The position numbers and the translations under genes are program-made. This document shows positions 11,101 through 19,297 of a stretch of 64,000 nucleotides of DNA, in pieces. This DNA is from Cenarchaeum symbiont of Oopsacas minuta (lineage in GTDB: Archaea; Thermoproteota; Nitrososphaeria; Nitrososphaerales; Nitrosopumilaceae). Below the pieces are notes generated by a model. It saw only the letters and a program-made list of their open reading frames with translations. It was not told the origin of the DNA and did not search any database. The stretch covers positions 146,335 to 210,334 of the forward strand of contig JAJIZT010000002.1 of NCBI GenBank assembly GCA_029948415.1, written 5' to 3'. Position 1 is the first letter of the stretch. Each line of letters opens with the position of its first letter.

Positions 11101-11417
11101 GGTGTATATCCAAAAGAGAAGGTGTCATAGTATCTCTTTCTTCAAATAGAAGTAAAGAGATGATGGTGCGAGGTCTAGTAAAGGATCTTGCGCGTCGTAT
11201 ACAAAGCCTCAGAAAAGAGAGAGGTTTTAGTCCAACTGATGTACTAGATCTAGTCTCAATAACAGGTCTTGATGATGAGCAAGTACACGCCATCTCTACA
11301 AAAAAGAAAGAGCTTGGGTTTCTAGTTCGTGTAAGACAGATCGATTTTAATGATATAGACGCACAGTACAAAGATGAGGATATCGACGGTCAAAAAATAC
11401 GGCTTGCTATACAATAA
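8187..11417 (+). CDS. ileS: isoleucyl-tRNA synthetase
   Basis: Class I signatures PHAGHMRG (HIGH-type) and GGKMSKSLGN (KMSKS). 1076 aa, archaeal length. The start could be a few codons downstream. Confidence 0.9.
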   Translation: MAYTLALVVMTLDKFDLEEIEMQARKRLDGSELRTRLKTSRAGGPKMRFVEGPPTMNGTPHAGHMRGRVIKDLWFRYSTLCGADVKFVAGWDTQGLPVELQAEKELKITGGKKGIESFGIESLVKECKRLVQDYNKKWTSVDKQIGISFDYDSAYWTMYDEYIEREWKVLQRANERGILELDYTVIAYCPGCQTSLSHAEVNQRYEEVSDPSMYYKVRFKDNDAYAIVWTTMPFTMVTDAMIGFNPKGVYKFVKVGNETWIVGEEMLEDVMRAAKIDEYNEIKTEKGSFFEGIKYEHPLLDAIPELGKFVTEKGYHIAVAEEFVDTASGSGIVHLSPANGEEDIHIAEKRGIPVFCPIDEEVKFTKDAGEYAGLFVRDADKIIVEDLRSRGALVALHKKRHKYPLCWRSSHRIVWLARRGWFYKLEKLEELAVDAAKNVEYFYDQPKNRFLAIVGEKHPWCISRERYWGCPIPAWNCTDCGNTDWFYSREQIIQAASHLPDGKNFELHRPWIDRVRIKCSKCGSVNTNREPYVLDTWHNSGAAPFASANDLEYKESIPVPFLTEGIDQTRGWAYTLLIENVILSGKAQAPFASFLFQGHVLDEKGGKMSKSLGNVIDAAEMIKENSADLLRLYFTLKSSPIEPLSFSAKEMHTRSYQILSTLYHMHLYFEQNSTYDGYDPLKHTVSWAKENNLLQSPDVWILSKLQGLSKQISEHYSTCRFHEAARKIDEFVIGMLSQVYVPITRQEIWDESDSNKDRRLAIYATLGEILYSLNIMLHPICPFITDYLYGQVFGKKDNILLQLWPKVRDELVDKKTEDAFDILRLAISVGGAARMNGNLKRRWPLDDAIVYLPKGQKEQIEGHLELLRSLLNVEKVSVLEYIGDAGLEQLVGLQKVRAPILATAELNHKKIGPRAREFMPEMIDVFNSTDKQAMAEEISKNSRYVFLLGDNSHEVVITSDDVEFGFESKDDWCISKREGVIVSLSSNRSKEMMVRGLVKDLARRIQSLRKERGFSPTDVLDLVSITGLDDEQVHAISTKKKELGFLVRVRQIDFNDIDAQYKDEDIDGQKIRLAIQ

Positions 11418-11466
11418 ATTCCAAGATGGATATATTTACAGATCTGCTAGTCTATAAATACAAAGA

Positions 11467-11814
11467 TTGTGTACATATGATACGATGACAAAGCAGGCAA
11501 ATCTAGATTCGTGTCAAACAGAACACATGGCAGATCTTTTAAGACAGGGTTCAGAGCTAGTCAATCGTACAAATGTACCCATGATATTATACAGAATAAC
11601 TACCGATGAGTCAAACGAATCGTATGAAGAGACTATATGCACACTCACTCGCGAGTATGTCATAGAGCAGTCGGTAACTTATGGTGGCCCTGTACCCATG
11701 AGTATAGGAGAGCAGATGGTCTTTCCCATATCAGATTATCCAGCAGTTTTGATAGCAAAGAGTATAGATCTATTTGAGCGTGTATTAGAGCAGATAAAAA
11801 GAGAGCTCGTATAA
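11467..11814 (+). CDS. hypothetical protein
   Basis: ORF track only. No motif recognised. Confidence 0.3.
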   Translation: MCTYDTMTKQANLDSCQTEHMADLLRQGSELVNRTNVPMILYRITTDESNESYEETICTLTREYVIEQSVTYGGPVPMSIGEQMVFPISDYPAVLIAKSIDLFERVLEQIKRELV

Positions 11815-11895
11815 TATCCAAATATTACATTTGATATACGGAAAAATGCTAGTATACTAGTCGATATTTATAAGAGCGTTTATGGTTTACATTTT

Positions 11896-13002
11896 GTGAG
11901 ACTGTTAGAATTTCAGGCAAAGGAGATTTTTTCCCAATATGGAATAAACCTGTTAAAAGGCACAGTATCTATGGACATAACCAAAGCCAAAAAGTATGCA
12001 GATGAGATTGGATACCCGTTGGTGATAAAATCACAGGTTCCAGTCGGTGGCAGAGGCAAGGCAGGTGGCATACAGGTATGCAAGAATAGTGACGAGTTGT
12101 CTATAAAATATCCCCAAGTGATGGAGCTAGAGATCAAAGGTGAAAAAGCACGCACAATACTGATTGAAAAGATGGCAGAGATAAAAAATGAAATGTATTT
12201 GTCATTGTTTTTGAATAGAAGTAAGAGATGTTATACTGTCATAGCATCAGCTGAAGGCGGAGTAGAGATCGAATCTGTAAGAAATCAAATAATAAAAAAA
12301 GTTGGTCTTGGCACAGTAGATACTACAACTGCCAAAGAGATAGCATCAGAGATGGGACTAGAAAGGGATGTTGCAGAAAATTTTGTAGATATTTTGATAA
12401 AACTTTCAAAACTTACAGTAGAAAAAGAGGTAGAGCTTGCAGAGATAAACCCGCTTGCAGTTCTTGCAGATGGCAGAATGGTGGCTCTCGATGGTAAAAT
12501 GGTTACAGATGACAATTCAAACTTTAGACATAAAGAGATGCAAAAATATCAAGAGAGATCAGAGCTTGAAGAGCGCGCAGAGAAGAGTGGTTTTGCACTA
12601 GTTGAGCTTGATGGCGATATTGCAGTTATTGGTAACGGTGCAGGACTAGTAATGTCGACACTTGATATGCTATCTGATAACGGTGGCAAGCCAGCATGCT
12701 TTTTAGATGTTGGTGGCGGGGCCACTACGGAATCTGTTTTTGAAGCTCTCACTCTTATCGGAAAAATTGGTAGAGTCAAAGGCATCTTGGTAAATCTGTA
12801 TGGAGGAATAGTAAAGACCACCACAGTTGCAGCTGCCTTTATTCAAGCATATGAAAAATCAGTAATTGATGTTCCCGTCTTTGCAAGACTACGTGGTGCT
12901 GAATCTGAAAAAGCAAAAGAGATGCTAGCTGGCACAAGTACAAAATTGCATGATACAGTAGAAGAGGCCATAAATGCGGCAGTGATGGGCACTCAAAGAT
13001 GA
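11896..13002 (+). CDS. sucC: succinyl-CoA synthetase beta subunit (ADP-forming)
   Basis: MRLLEFQAKEIFSQYGI N-terminus and ATP-grasp fold. GTG start. Overlaps sucD. Confidence 0.85.
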   Translation: MRLLEFQAKEIFSQYGINLLKGTVSMDITKAKKYADEIGYPLVIKSQVPVGGRGKAGGIQVCKNSDELSIKYPQVMELEIKGEKARTILIEKMAEIKNEMYLSLFLNRSKRCYTVIASAEGGVEIESVRNQIIKKVGLGTVDTTTAKEIASEMGLERDVAENFVDILIKLSKLTVEKEVELAEINPLAVLADGRMVALDGKMVTDDNSNFRHKEMQKYQERSELEERAEKSGFALVELDGDIAVIGNGAGLVMSTLDMLSDNGGKPACFLDVGGGATTESVFEALTLIGKIGRVKGILVNLYGGIVKTTTVAAAFIQAYEKSVIDVPVFARLRGAESEKAKEMLAGTSTKLHDTVEEAINAAVMGTQR

Positions 13003-13919
13003 TCAACATTATGGAAGAGCTGTGCGGAAGAGCTAGCGATGTAGATTATAAAAAGAAAAAGGTCATAGTGCAGGGTATAACTGGCAAATATGGTGCACAT
13101 CATGCTCACCTTATGATCGAGTATGGGACAAATATCATAGCTGGTGTTACTCCAGGTAAAGGTGGTTCAAAATTTAAAGATACTATTCCAATATATGACA
13201 ACATGGAGGAGGCAGTAAAGGCTACAGGTGCTCGCATCTCGATCGTCTTTGTTCCAGCAAAGTTTTTTCTCGGTGCAGTCACAGATGCGTTGAATGCAGG
13301 AATAAAATTACTAATAGCAATACCAGAGCATGTTCCAATACGCGATACATTACAGATGCTAGAGTTGGCAAAAGAGAAGAATGCCACGGTGATAGGCCCA
13401 AATACTCCAGGTCTTATCGTGCCAGATATCATCAAAGTTGGCATAATGCCTGCAAGCCCGTTTAGTTTAGGAGATATTGTAGTAATATCAAAGAGTGGTA
13501 CACTTTTGTATGAGATCTCAAATGCGCTCACGCAATCTGGCTTTGGTCAATACATAACAATAGGTGTGGGTGGAGATCCAGTAAACGGTACAAGACTAGT
13601 CGATGCATTTGAAGCTACAAAAGATCTGCCAAAATTGCGAGGCATTGTAATTGTAGGAGAGATTGGTGGAGATGCTGAAGAGATTCTCGCACAAAGGATA
13701 ATCGATACAAAATTTTCAAAGCCCGTAGTAGCATATATTGCTGGCAGGGCAGCGCCAAAGGAGAAACGGATGGGACATGCAGGTGCCATCGTGTATGGTA
13801 ACTATGGTTCTGCAGAATCAAAGGTAGATATGTTTGGTAAAGCCAATGTTCCTGTAGCAAAACGCCCCGAAGAGATCCCAGTATTACTAGCTACAAAGAT
13901 CGGAGATAGAGTCGATTAG
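12999..13919 (+). CDS. sucD: succinyl-CoA synthetase alpha subunit
   Basis: GITGKYGAHH, GVTPGKGG and the phosphohistidine loop MGHAGAIV. Confidence 0.9.
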   Translation: MINIMEELCGRASDVDYKKKKVIVQGITGKYGAHHAHLMIEYGTNIIAGVTPGKGGSKFKDTIPIYDNMEEAVKATGARISIVFVPAKFFLGAVTDALNAGIKLLIAIPEHVPIRDTLQMLELAKEKNATVIGPNTPGLIVPDIIKVGIMPASPFSLGDIVVISKSGTLLYEISNALTQSGFGQYITIGVGGDPVNGTRLVDAFEATKDLPKLRGIVIVGEIGGDAEEILAQRIIDTKFSKPVVAYIAGRAAPKEKRMGHAGAIVYGNYGSAESKVDMFGKANVPVAKRPEEIPVLLATKIGDRVD

Positions 13920-13949
13920 ATTAAAAGTGAGTGTCTTGGAGATTAAAAT

Positions 13950-14117
13950 ATGACTATTACAGATCCAGCAAAGAAACAGCTGGCACAAAAAGCGAGACTG
14001 CATATGAAGATCTGTTTTTCATGTGGTGCTCGCAATTCCCTAATGGCCACTAGATGCAGAAAATGTCATAGTGTATATCTGCGTCTAAAAAATCGTGCAC
14101 TAGGCGTTAAGAAATAA
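13950..14117 (+). CDS. rpl40e: 50S ribosomal protein L40e
   Basis: 55-aa ORF below the ORF-track cutoff: MTITDPAKKQLAQKARLHMKICFSCGARNSLMATRCRKCHSVYLRLKNRALGVKK. CxxC...CxxC zinc ribbon typical of L40e. Confidence 0.7.
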   Translation: MTITDPAKKQLAQKARLHMKICFSCGARNSLMATRCRKCHSVYLRLKNRALGVKK

Positions 14118-14197
14118 AACTCTAGTTGTTTAGATTTAATTTTTGTTGCAATAAACTAACGGTTAGAGATAAAAAGCTAGTACGTAAATCAATATAC

Positions 14198-14290
14198 GGA
14201 CCGGTCGTCTAGTTGGTTAGGATGACGCACTCACACTGCGTAAGAACAATAGTTCCGCAAAGGTCGTGGGTTCAAATCCCATCCGGTCCA
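14198..14290 (+). tRNA. tRNA-Val (anticodon CAC) with a 19-nt insertion (probable non-canonical intron)
   Basis: Hand-folded structure:
- acceptor stem GGACCGG/CCGGTCC
- D arm with GG
- anticodon stem ACGCA/TGCGT, loop CTCACAC (CAC at 14232-14234)
- variable loop AGGTC
- T arm GTGGG-TTCAAAT-CCCAT
- 19 extra nt (14242-14260) between the anticodon stem and the variable loop. Confidence 0.7.
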
Positions 14291-14321
14291 TTACCACTGT
14301 GGATTCAAATCCCACTCTTGC
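14278..14321. repeat. att core copy 1 (last 13 nt of tRNA-Val plus 31 nt downstream)
   Basis: 44 nt identical to 24902-24945. Similarity then continues with mismatches through the integrase 3' end. Confidence 0.75.
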
Positions 14322-14411
14322 TGCGTTTTTGTATGACGGCCATACCGTTTGGCATGGTACCTACAAACGTCCATCCTTTCTCGATCATGCGCTCTGCATC
14401 GTTTGAGATCA

Positions 14412-14628
14412 TCACGCGCTGACTTGGCACATTTTACCGATGCCCAATTTCTGGAACATCTCTAGTACCGTGTCAAGCTGTTCTGGCGTGGCCTGTGAAA
14501 TTGCACTTTGCATTTGCTCTTTTTGTTTTATAATTGGATCATCTTTTGTCTGTTCTAGATCCAACAGTGGCTCTGATCGTTTGTACGAATCGCGCATCTC
14601 TTGTATCAGCGACTCTGGAAGTATTCCT
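14412..14628 (-). pseudogene. detached 3' end of the tyrosine-integrase gene (C-terminal ~70 codons)
   Basis: Matches the 3' end of the integrase paralog at 25036-25256 (...MRDSYKRSEPLLDLEQTKDDPIIKQKEQMQSAISQATPEQL...). Ends at the IS66 end with the 8-nt target copy GTATTCCT (14621-14628). Confidence 0.75.
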
Positions 14629-14636
14629 GTAACTGT

Positions 14637-15092
14637 CTAGAGTTTTGAAGTACCATCCACAAGATATTGCATCATATAGTCATGAAAGTTTAGATTTCGT
14701 TGTCTACATGTCTCCTTTACACTCATCAATATCTTGTGTGATGTAGCGCCATCATCTGTTCGATGACCGTTTGTAATCTTTCGTATTACCACGTTTGGTC
14801 TAATCGCTCTCTCGGCAGTATTGTTATGTGAATCAGTTCCAGTCTTCAAGAACGTGAAAAGCATGTCTTGTTCACGTTTTAGACGTTTGACAAATCTGAT
14901 ACAATTCTTTTCTGTATATTTTTTGGATAAAAGAGACGATAAACGACGCTCGAGTTTTTTTATAACATCTGATTTATCACGAATGTCTACAGCATCATGT
15001 GAGTCATTTAGGATCTTTTTCAAACATTTTCCAAAAGCAATAAACTCTTTTTTGGGATTTTTATACTGTAGAGTCTCATGAATTTCTCTCAT
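14637..15092 (-). CDS. IS66-family transposase, C-terminal segment (3 of 3)
   Basis: HNNTAERAIRPNVVIRKITNGHRTDDGA (IS66 DDE C-terminal signature). The stop codon lies inside the terminal repeat. Confidence 0.7.
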   Translation of the reverse strand: MREIHETLQYKNPKKEFIAFGKCLKKILNDSHDAVDIRDKSDVIKKLERRLSSLLSKKYTEKNCIRFVKRLKREQDMLFTFLKTGTDSHNNTAERAIRPNVVIRKITNGHRTDDGATSHKILMSVKETCRQRNLNFHDYMMQYLVDGTSKL

Positions 15093-15150
15093 ATAATGAA
15101 CATGACATCTTTGATGACTGTTTCCAACATAATTCCACGCAGACCATGAA

Positions 15151-15687
15151 TCACTTGTCAGTGTATCCTTTTAACACTCTCATTGGAGCTATTCTACCAC
15201 GTGATTTGTCAATCTCATATATGGTCGTCCATTTTCCAACAAATACCCACAACCAATGATTCTTCCCGTTGATGCGCCAGCTAGTCTCATCCCCATGTAT
15301 ATTCAACTCGGTTTTTAGATCTCTTATCATCTGTTCATATAATGGGCCAAATGCTGTAGCAGTTTTTTTTACTGCGTGATTTATGGTAGATTCATTCATG
15401 TGTATGCCGTATATCATTTCTAATAGTTGGGATATTTTTTGATATGATAATCCAAGTGTTTTGAGTACAATTAAAAATGCTGCTAGTCGTATTCCAAATC
15501 TTTCATTTGGTAATGCAGTATGGATTTTTGGTGTGATTGTTTTTTTGCAACATTTACAATATCTTCTAGATATCGTATATTCAGTATTGCATACCTGTGC
15601 TGGAATAATATCTTCTACTATACGTGTGTATTTGTGCACAATTTTGGATAGTTTGTTTCCGCAGACATGACATGATTTTTGATCCAC
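15151..15687 (-). CDS. IS66-family transposase, zinc-finger plus DDE N-terminal segment (2 of 3)
   Basis: CHVCGNKL...CKCCKK (zf-IS66-like) and IHGDETSWRINGKNHWLWVF (DDE region). Confidence 0.7.
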   Translation of the reverse strand: MDQKSCHVCGNKLSKIVHKYTRIVEDIIPAQVCNTEYTISRRYCKCCKKTITPKIHTALPNERFGIRLAAFLIVLKTLGLSYQKISQLLEMIYGIHMNESTINHAVKKTATAFGPLYEQMIRDLKTELNIHGDETSWRINGKNHWLWVFVGKWTTIYEIDKSRGRIAPMRVLKGYTDK

Positions 15688-15700
15688 TTCGGTTTTGTTA

Positions 15701-16033
15701 TCAATGTGAACTGGTCGTTTTCTGCTGGTTCTTGCATGTTTGAAGTTTTATAACTGAATCTGGTTTGTTGGGTTTTGCACGAATATTCTTTGCTACAAGA
15801 GCATTTATCGTGATTTTTAATTCTTCATTCTCATTTTTTGTCTGTTGTGTAGTTTCTTGATATTCTAGTATCGCTTTTCCTTGTTGCTGTATCTTTTCTC
15901 CTTGTTGCTGTATCTTTTCTCCTTGTTGCTGTATTGTTTCTCCTTGTTGTTTGTTTTCCTTGCGTAATAATGCAAGTTCTTTCTCTAGATTCTCAGATCT
16001 AGGACAAATGTGGTCTATTTTTTCATTATTCAT
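15701..16033 (-). CDS. IS66-family transposase, coiled-coil / leucine-zipper segment (1 of 3)
   Basis: Heptad-like QQGEKIQ repeats encoded by 21-nt tandem repeats. 110 aa here and 103 aa in copy 2. Confidence 0.6.
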   Translation of the reverse strand: MNNEKIDHICPRSENLEKELALLRKENKQQGETIQQQGEKIQQQGEKIQQQGKAILEYQETTQQTKNENEELKITINALVAKNIRAKPNKPDSVIKLQTCKNQQKTTSSH

Positions 16034-16128
16034 GAACGATTTTTTGTATTATACACCTGATCCAAAAATGTAATGATGAAAAATATTGGATCAAATGGTC
16101 AGATTACTTCAAAACTCTAGATAGTTAC

Positions 16129-16181
16129 GAAAAATGCTAGAATTGTTTATAAAGATAGCACATGGATATGCATAAGGTCTA
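16129..16181 (+). repeat. 53-nt chimeric junction: IS110-like 3' end (37 nt) plus IS5-type right end (16 nt), copy 1
   Basis: The same 53-nt junction is also at 19306-19358 and 24619-24671 (three copies in total). This copy abuts the IS66 left end. Confidence 0.7.
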
Positions 16182-16261
16182 TTATGCACCTGATCCAAAA
16201 ATGTAATGATGAAAAATATTGGATCAGATGATCAGATTACTTCGAAACTCTAGATAGTTAC
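16182..16261 (-). repeat. solo IS66 left-end fragment (about 80 nt)
   Basis: Near-identical (about 3 mismatches) to 16049-16128 and ends in ...CTCTAGATAGTTAC. It truncates a small minus-strand ORF (MTERLKQFINDVDEDIV...). Confidence 0.7.
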
Positions 16262-16380
16262 AATTATTCCTTTTACTCATAATTATGATCATAACAATAT
16301 CTTCATCTACATCGTTAATAAATTGTTTCAATCTCTCTGTCATTTTTATCACGCAACATTATCGAATATCGCCATACTGA

Positions 16381-16662
16381 TCATGCATTATCTATCCTCA
16401 ACATTGTTATTAATTTGATTTTTCTCTTCTTCAAATATCGATCTTTTTTCTGTTTTATCATATGTGATGTATGCTCATCAAGATCTTTGAAATATCTCTT
16501 CAGATGTTTTTCAAAACTCTCATCGATGATTTTTATTGCTTTCTCAAGATTTTCTTGGTTTAAATTATCTGGCTCATCCTTCCGACCCAGAAAAAACTGT
16601 TTTTTGCCTGCAAGCGAGTACAAATACTCTGTCCCGTGATTTTTCTTTACAAACAAACCCAT
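16381..16662 (-). CDS. hypothetical basic protein (93 aa), island cargo
   Basis: ORF track. Divergent from the integrase gene. No family recognised. Confidence 0.35.
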   Translation of the reverse strand: MGLFVKKNHGTEYLYSLAGKKQFFLGRKDEPDNLNQENLEKAIKIIDESFEKHLKRYFKDLDEHTSHMIKQKKDRYLKKRKIKLITMLRIDNA

Positions 16663-16672
16663 CTTTATCCCG

Positions 16673-16727
16673 TGTCATGTTGCATGACAAACCTTTAAAT
16701 AAAGATATGTGTCATGTAATATGACAC
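16673..16727. promoter_or_regulatory. integrase promoter region with two palindromes sharing a TGTCAT half-site
   Basis: TGTCATG-ttg-CATGACA (16673-16689), TATA-like TTTAAATAAAG (16694-16704) and GTGTCAT-gtaat-ATGACAC (16709-16727). These end 4 nt before ATG 16731. Confidence 0.35.
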
Positions 16728-16730
16728 GCA

Positions 16731-17846
16731 ATGAACACCAAAAAACAAACCGAATCCGTAGCGATCAGGTTCAATAGTAAAATACAACCAGCACATAATA
16801 GAATCAATGAAGTCGCCGAGAGGCTGACCGATATGGGAAACATAACGCCAGCTAAAACAAGCAGCACTGCCAAACAATCCAGAGTAACAAAACTACTTGC
16901 AAATCCAGACGTAAGGCGGTGGTTTGACAACCTCTCACGAGGTAGCAAACTAACCGCAGAGATACGCGTAAGGCGCCTAGATATGTTCTGTGAGCAACAC
17001 CAAATGACCCCTACACAACTGTACGAGCTTGCACTAAAGGATCTGAGAACTGCAACGGACCTACTAGAGGATCACGTGACCATGATGGAGTCAAAACAAT
17101 ACTCTCCAGGGTACATTGAAGATTATGTAAAGGCTGTAAAATCATGGCTCAGACACTTTGACATCGAGATCAGACGCAAGATACGCATAACTGATTCGCG
17201 CCAGACTCCCACACTGCAGAACGAGCGCGTGCCAAATGCACAGGAGATGGCCGAAATCTACAGCAGAGCCGGTCTCAGAGAATCTGCAATGATCTCCCTG
17301 ATGGCAAAATCCGGTCTAAGACCTGAAGTACTGGGAAACCACGATGGCACAGACGGCTTAAGGATGCGCGATTTGCCTGACATTGTAATACACCAGGGTA
17401 AGGCAAAATGCATCAGGGTACCAAACAGAATAACAGTAAGACGGGAGATATCCAAGACAAGAAAACCCTACTTTACATTCTCCAGCACACCTGCCACCAC
17501 GTACATCCTAGCATACCTGAATGATCGACTATCACAAGGCGAACCCTTGCACGGGGATTCGCCTGTAATAGCGCCAGATTACAAGTACAAGACAAACCGC
17601 GGAGAAAACCAGACAAAGCCATTTCTGCCTACAAGGCAGATTAGCAAAAGAATCCGAGATACATTCAGGCCGAGATTTGCATGGAGGCCATACGTTTTGC
17701 GCGCATACTTTGACACACAACTGCTTATCGCAGAGTCAAAGGGAAAAATCGCACACGACATACGAGCCTTTTTCATGGGCCACAGCGGAAACATCGAGGC
17801 AAGATACACGACAAACAAAGGAATACGTAACTATCTAGAGTTTTGA
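16731..17846 (+). CDS. tyrosine recombinase / integrase, 3' end replaced by the IS66 insertion
   Basis: Catalytic-region motifs GLRPEVL, AHDIRAFFMGH and NIEARY. Native sequence stops at 17826. The last residues (NYLEF*) are read from the IS terminal repeat. Confidence 0.75.
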   Translation: MNTKKQTESVAIRFNSKIQPAHNRINEVAERLTDMGNITPAKTSSTAKQSRVTKLLANPDVRRWFDNLSRGSKLTAEIRVRRLDMFCEQHQMTPTQLYELALKDLRTATDLLEDHVTMMESKQYSPGYIEDYVKAVKSWLRHFDIEIRRKIRITDSRQTPTLQNERVPNAQEMAEIYSRAGLRESAMISLMAKSGLRPEVLGNHDGTDGLRMRDLPDIVIHQGKAKCIRVPNRITVRREISKTRKPYFTFSSTPATTYILAYLNDRLSQGEPLHGDSPVIAPDYKYKTNRGENQTKPFLPTRQISKRIRDTFRPRFAWRPYVLRAYFDTQLLIAESKGKIAHDIRAFFMGHSGNIEARYTTNKGIRNYLEF

Positions 17847-17921
17847 AGTAATCTGACCATTTGATCCAATATTTTTCATCATTACATTTTTGGATCAGGT
17901 GTATAATACAAAAAATCGTTC

Positions 17922-18233
17922 ATGAATAATGAAAAAATAGACCACATTTGTCCTAGATCTGAGAATCTAGAGAAAGAACTTGCATTATTACGCAAGGAAA
18001 ACAAACAACAAGGAGAAACAATACAGCAACAAGGAGAAAAGATACAGCAACAAGGAAAAGCGATACTAGAATATCAAGAAACTACACAACAGACAAAAAA
18101 TGAGAATGAAGAATTAAAAATCACGATAAATGCTCTTGTAGCAAAGAATATTCGTGCAAAACCCAACAAACCAGATTCAGTTATAAAACTTCAAACATGC
18201 AAGAACCAGCAGAAAACGACCAGTTCACATTGA
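17922..18233 (+). CDS. IS66-family transposase segment 1 of 3 (coiled coil)
   Basis: Same as 15701..16033 minus one 7-aa repeat. Confidence 0.6.
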   Translation: MNNEKIDHICPRSENLEKELALLRKENKQQGETIQQQGEKIQQQGKAILEYQETTQQTKNENEELKITINALVAKNIRAKPNKPDSVIKLQTCKNQQKTTSSH

Positions 18234-18246
18234 TAACAAAACCGAG

Positions 18247-18783
18247 GTGGATCAAAAATCATGTCATGTCTGTGGAAACAAACTATCCAAAATTGTGCAC
18301 AAATACACACGTATAGTAGAAGATATTATTCCAGCACAGGTATGCAATACTGAATATACGATATCTAGAAGATATTGTAAATGTTGCAAAAAAACAATAA
18401 CACCAAAAATCCATACTGCATTACCAAATGAAAGATTTGGAATCAGACTAGCAGCACTTTTAATTGTACTCAAAACACTTGGATTATCATATCAAAAAAT
18501 ATCCCAACTATTAGAAATGATATACGGCATACACATGAATGAATCTACCATAAATCACGCAGTAAAAAAAACTGCTACAGCATTTGGCCCATTATATGAA
18601 CAGATGATAAGAGATCTAAAAACCGAGTTGAATATACATGGGGATGAGACTAGCTGGCGCATCAACGGGAAGAATCATTGGTTGTGGGCATTTGTTGGAA
18701 AATGGACTACCATATATGAGATTGACAAATCACGTGGTAGAATAGCTCCAATGAGAGTGTTAAAAGGATACACTGACAAGTGA
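18247..18783 (+). CDS. IS66-family transposase segment 2 of 3
   Basis: Frame +1 relative to segment 1. This frame is already open from 18187 (...ARTSRKRPVHIDNKTEV...). Confidence 0.7.
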   Translation: MDQKSCHVCGNKLSKIVHKYTRIVEDIIPAQVCNTEYTISRRYCKCCKKTITPKIHTALPNERFGIRLAALLIVLKTLGLSYQKISQLLEMIYGIHMNESTINHAVKKTATAFGPLYEQMIRDLKTELNIHGDETSWRINGKNHWLWAFVGKWTTIYEIDKSRGRIAPMRVLKGYTDK

Positions 18784-18841
18784 TTCATGGTCTGCGTGGA
18801 ATTATGTTGGAAACAGTCATCAAAGATGCCATGTTCATTAT

Positions 18842-19297
18842 ATGAGAGAAATTCATGAGACTCTACAGTATAAAAATCCCAAAAAAGAGTTTATTGCTTT
18901 TGGAAAATGTTTGAAAAAGATCCTAAATGACTCACATGATGCTGTAAATATTCATGATAAATCAGATGTTATACACAAACTCGAGCGTCGTTTATCGTCT
19001 CTTTTATCCAAAAAATATACAGAAAAGAATTGTATCAGATTTGTCAAACGTCTAAAGCGTGAACAAGACATGCTTTTCACGTTCTTGAAGACTGGAACTG
19101 ATTCACATAACAATACTGCCGAGAGAGCGATTAGACCAAACGTGGTAATACGAAAGATTACAAACGGTCATCGAACAGATGATGGCGCTACATCACACAA
19201 GATATTGATGAGTGTAAAGGAGACATGTAGACAACGAAATCTAAACTTTCATGACTATATGATGCAATATCTTGTGGATGGTACTTCAAAACTCTAG
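18842..19297 (+). CDS. IS66-family transposase segment 3 of 3
   Basis: Frame +1 relative to segment 2. This frame is open from 18764 (KDTLTSDSWSAWNYVGNSHQRCHVHY...). Confidence 0.7.
   Translation: MREIHETLQYKNPKKEFIAFGKCLKKILNDSHDAVNIHDKSDVIHKLERRLSSLLSKKYTEKNCIRFVKRLKREQDMLFTFLKTGTDSHNNTAERAIRPNVVIRKITNGHRTDDGATSHKILMSVKETCRQRNLNFHDYMMQYLVDGTSKL

Larger units (their letters stand above)
14629..16128 (-). mobile_element. IS66-family element (tnpC-only, ISBst12-like), copy 1
   Basis: 24-nt imperfect terminal inverted repeats starting GTAA: GTAACTGTCTAGAGTTTTGAAGTA (14629-14652) and the reverse complement of 16105-16128. Transposase in three consecutive frames. Confidence 0.85.

Noticed and set aside
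14299-14322. T-arm-like GTGGATTCAAATCCCAC just downstream of tRNA-Val (also at 24923-24939), considered as a second tRNA.
   Set aside because: It has no acceptor, D or anticodon arms, and the base pair next to the loop is broken. It is more likely a relic carried in the element's attachment region.
14213-14422. ORFs overlapping the tRNA and att regions (14213..14422 and 24805..25023), and ORF 29641..29823, which starts inside the duplicated IS end.
   Set aside because: They are read through RNA-gene, att or IS terminal-repeat sequence. They have no motif support and are artefacts of the open-frame search.
15879-15941. Regular 21-nt direct repeats considered as a possible CRISPR or minisatellite.
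   Set aside because: The repeats are contiguous with no spacers, in frame, and encode the QQGEKIQ heptads of the transposase coiled coil.
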